Of a stretch of DNA of 64,000 nucleotides, positions 63,594 through 64,000 are shown piece by piece. This DNA is from Octopus vulgaris. Lineage: Eukaryota. The stretch is taken from positions 2,542,001-2,606,000 of the forward strand of contig OX597818.1 of the NCBI GenBank assembly GCA_951406725.2, in the 5' to 3' direction. The notes below the pieces were generated by a model. The model did not search any database. It had not been told where the DNA came from and was given only the letters and a program-made list of their open reading frames with translations. The translations under genes were made by a program, and so were the position numbers. The stretch's first letter is position 1, and each line of letters opens with the position of its first letter.

Positions 63594-64000
63594 TAATAAG
63601 ATAATGGCAGGGATCAATAGGTGGTTCATCAAATTTTAGACATTATATTATGTCAACTTATTTATTTACTAAACTGACAATTACAAGAATATACATAAAT
63701 GTATAACATATTATGCAATACCTCATTCCAGTAGACTGAAGTAATAAGTAGATGAAATTGAGGTACCCGGGTGTTTCTCTAGGCTTTATCAGAGATTTAT
63801 AAAGTACATAAGGTTAAGTTACGAATAAATATAAATATAGAATAAATAAAAATACACACACATTTAAATACTTATATATATATATAGATCTACACATACA
63901 TACATATATAAATATACATAAATTCTTATATATATACTTAAATGTACATACATATTTACATTTATAAGCATACACAATAATCAGTTATTACTACTTATAT

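Overview
AT-rich, repeat-dense eukaryotic genomic DNA. The SINE/LINE repertoire and long (TA)n/(CA)n tracts suggest an octopus or other coleoid cephalopod (inference). One host gene runs on the minus strand: a UPF0606/KIAA1549-like single-pass membrane mucin. Eight phase-compatible coding exons between 48236 and 8043 give about 1490 codons with no stop yet, including a 3.4-kb Ser/Thr-rich exon, one SEA-like module with a furin site and a TM helix. The introns and upstream region hold transposons: mariner copies (one a fold-back derivative made of two 3' ends), a hAT/Buster element with a perfect 8-bp TSD, a near-intact CR1-type LINE, a near-full-length Tx1/L1-clade LINE, decayed RTE and Gypsy copies, a Helitron-type element and tRNA-derived SINEs. 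The most striking signal is a set of about seven sequence-unrelated small element families in or next to (TA)n tracts. They form tandem and/or inverted repeats and each carries a minimal type I hammerhead ribozyme, as in Penelope-like pLTRs and retrozymes. Several have a compensatory U3-A8 core (TTGANAA instead of CTGANGA). The best case is a 362-bp tandem-plus-inverted array at 10388-11657, whose two minus-strand ribozymes are sense to the host pre-mRNA and could release a 362-nt monomer or circular RNA. All calls were read by eye; no searches or folding programs were run.
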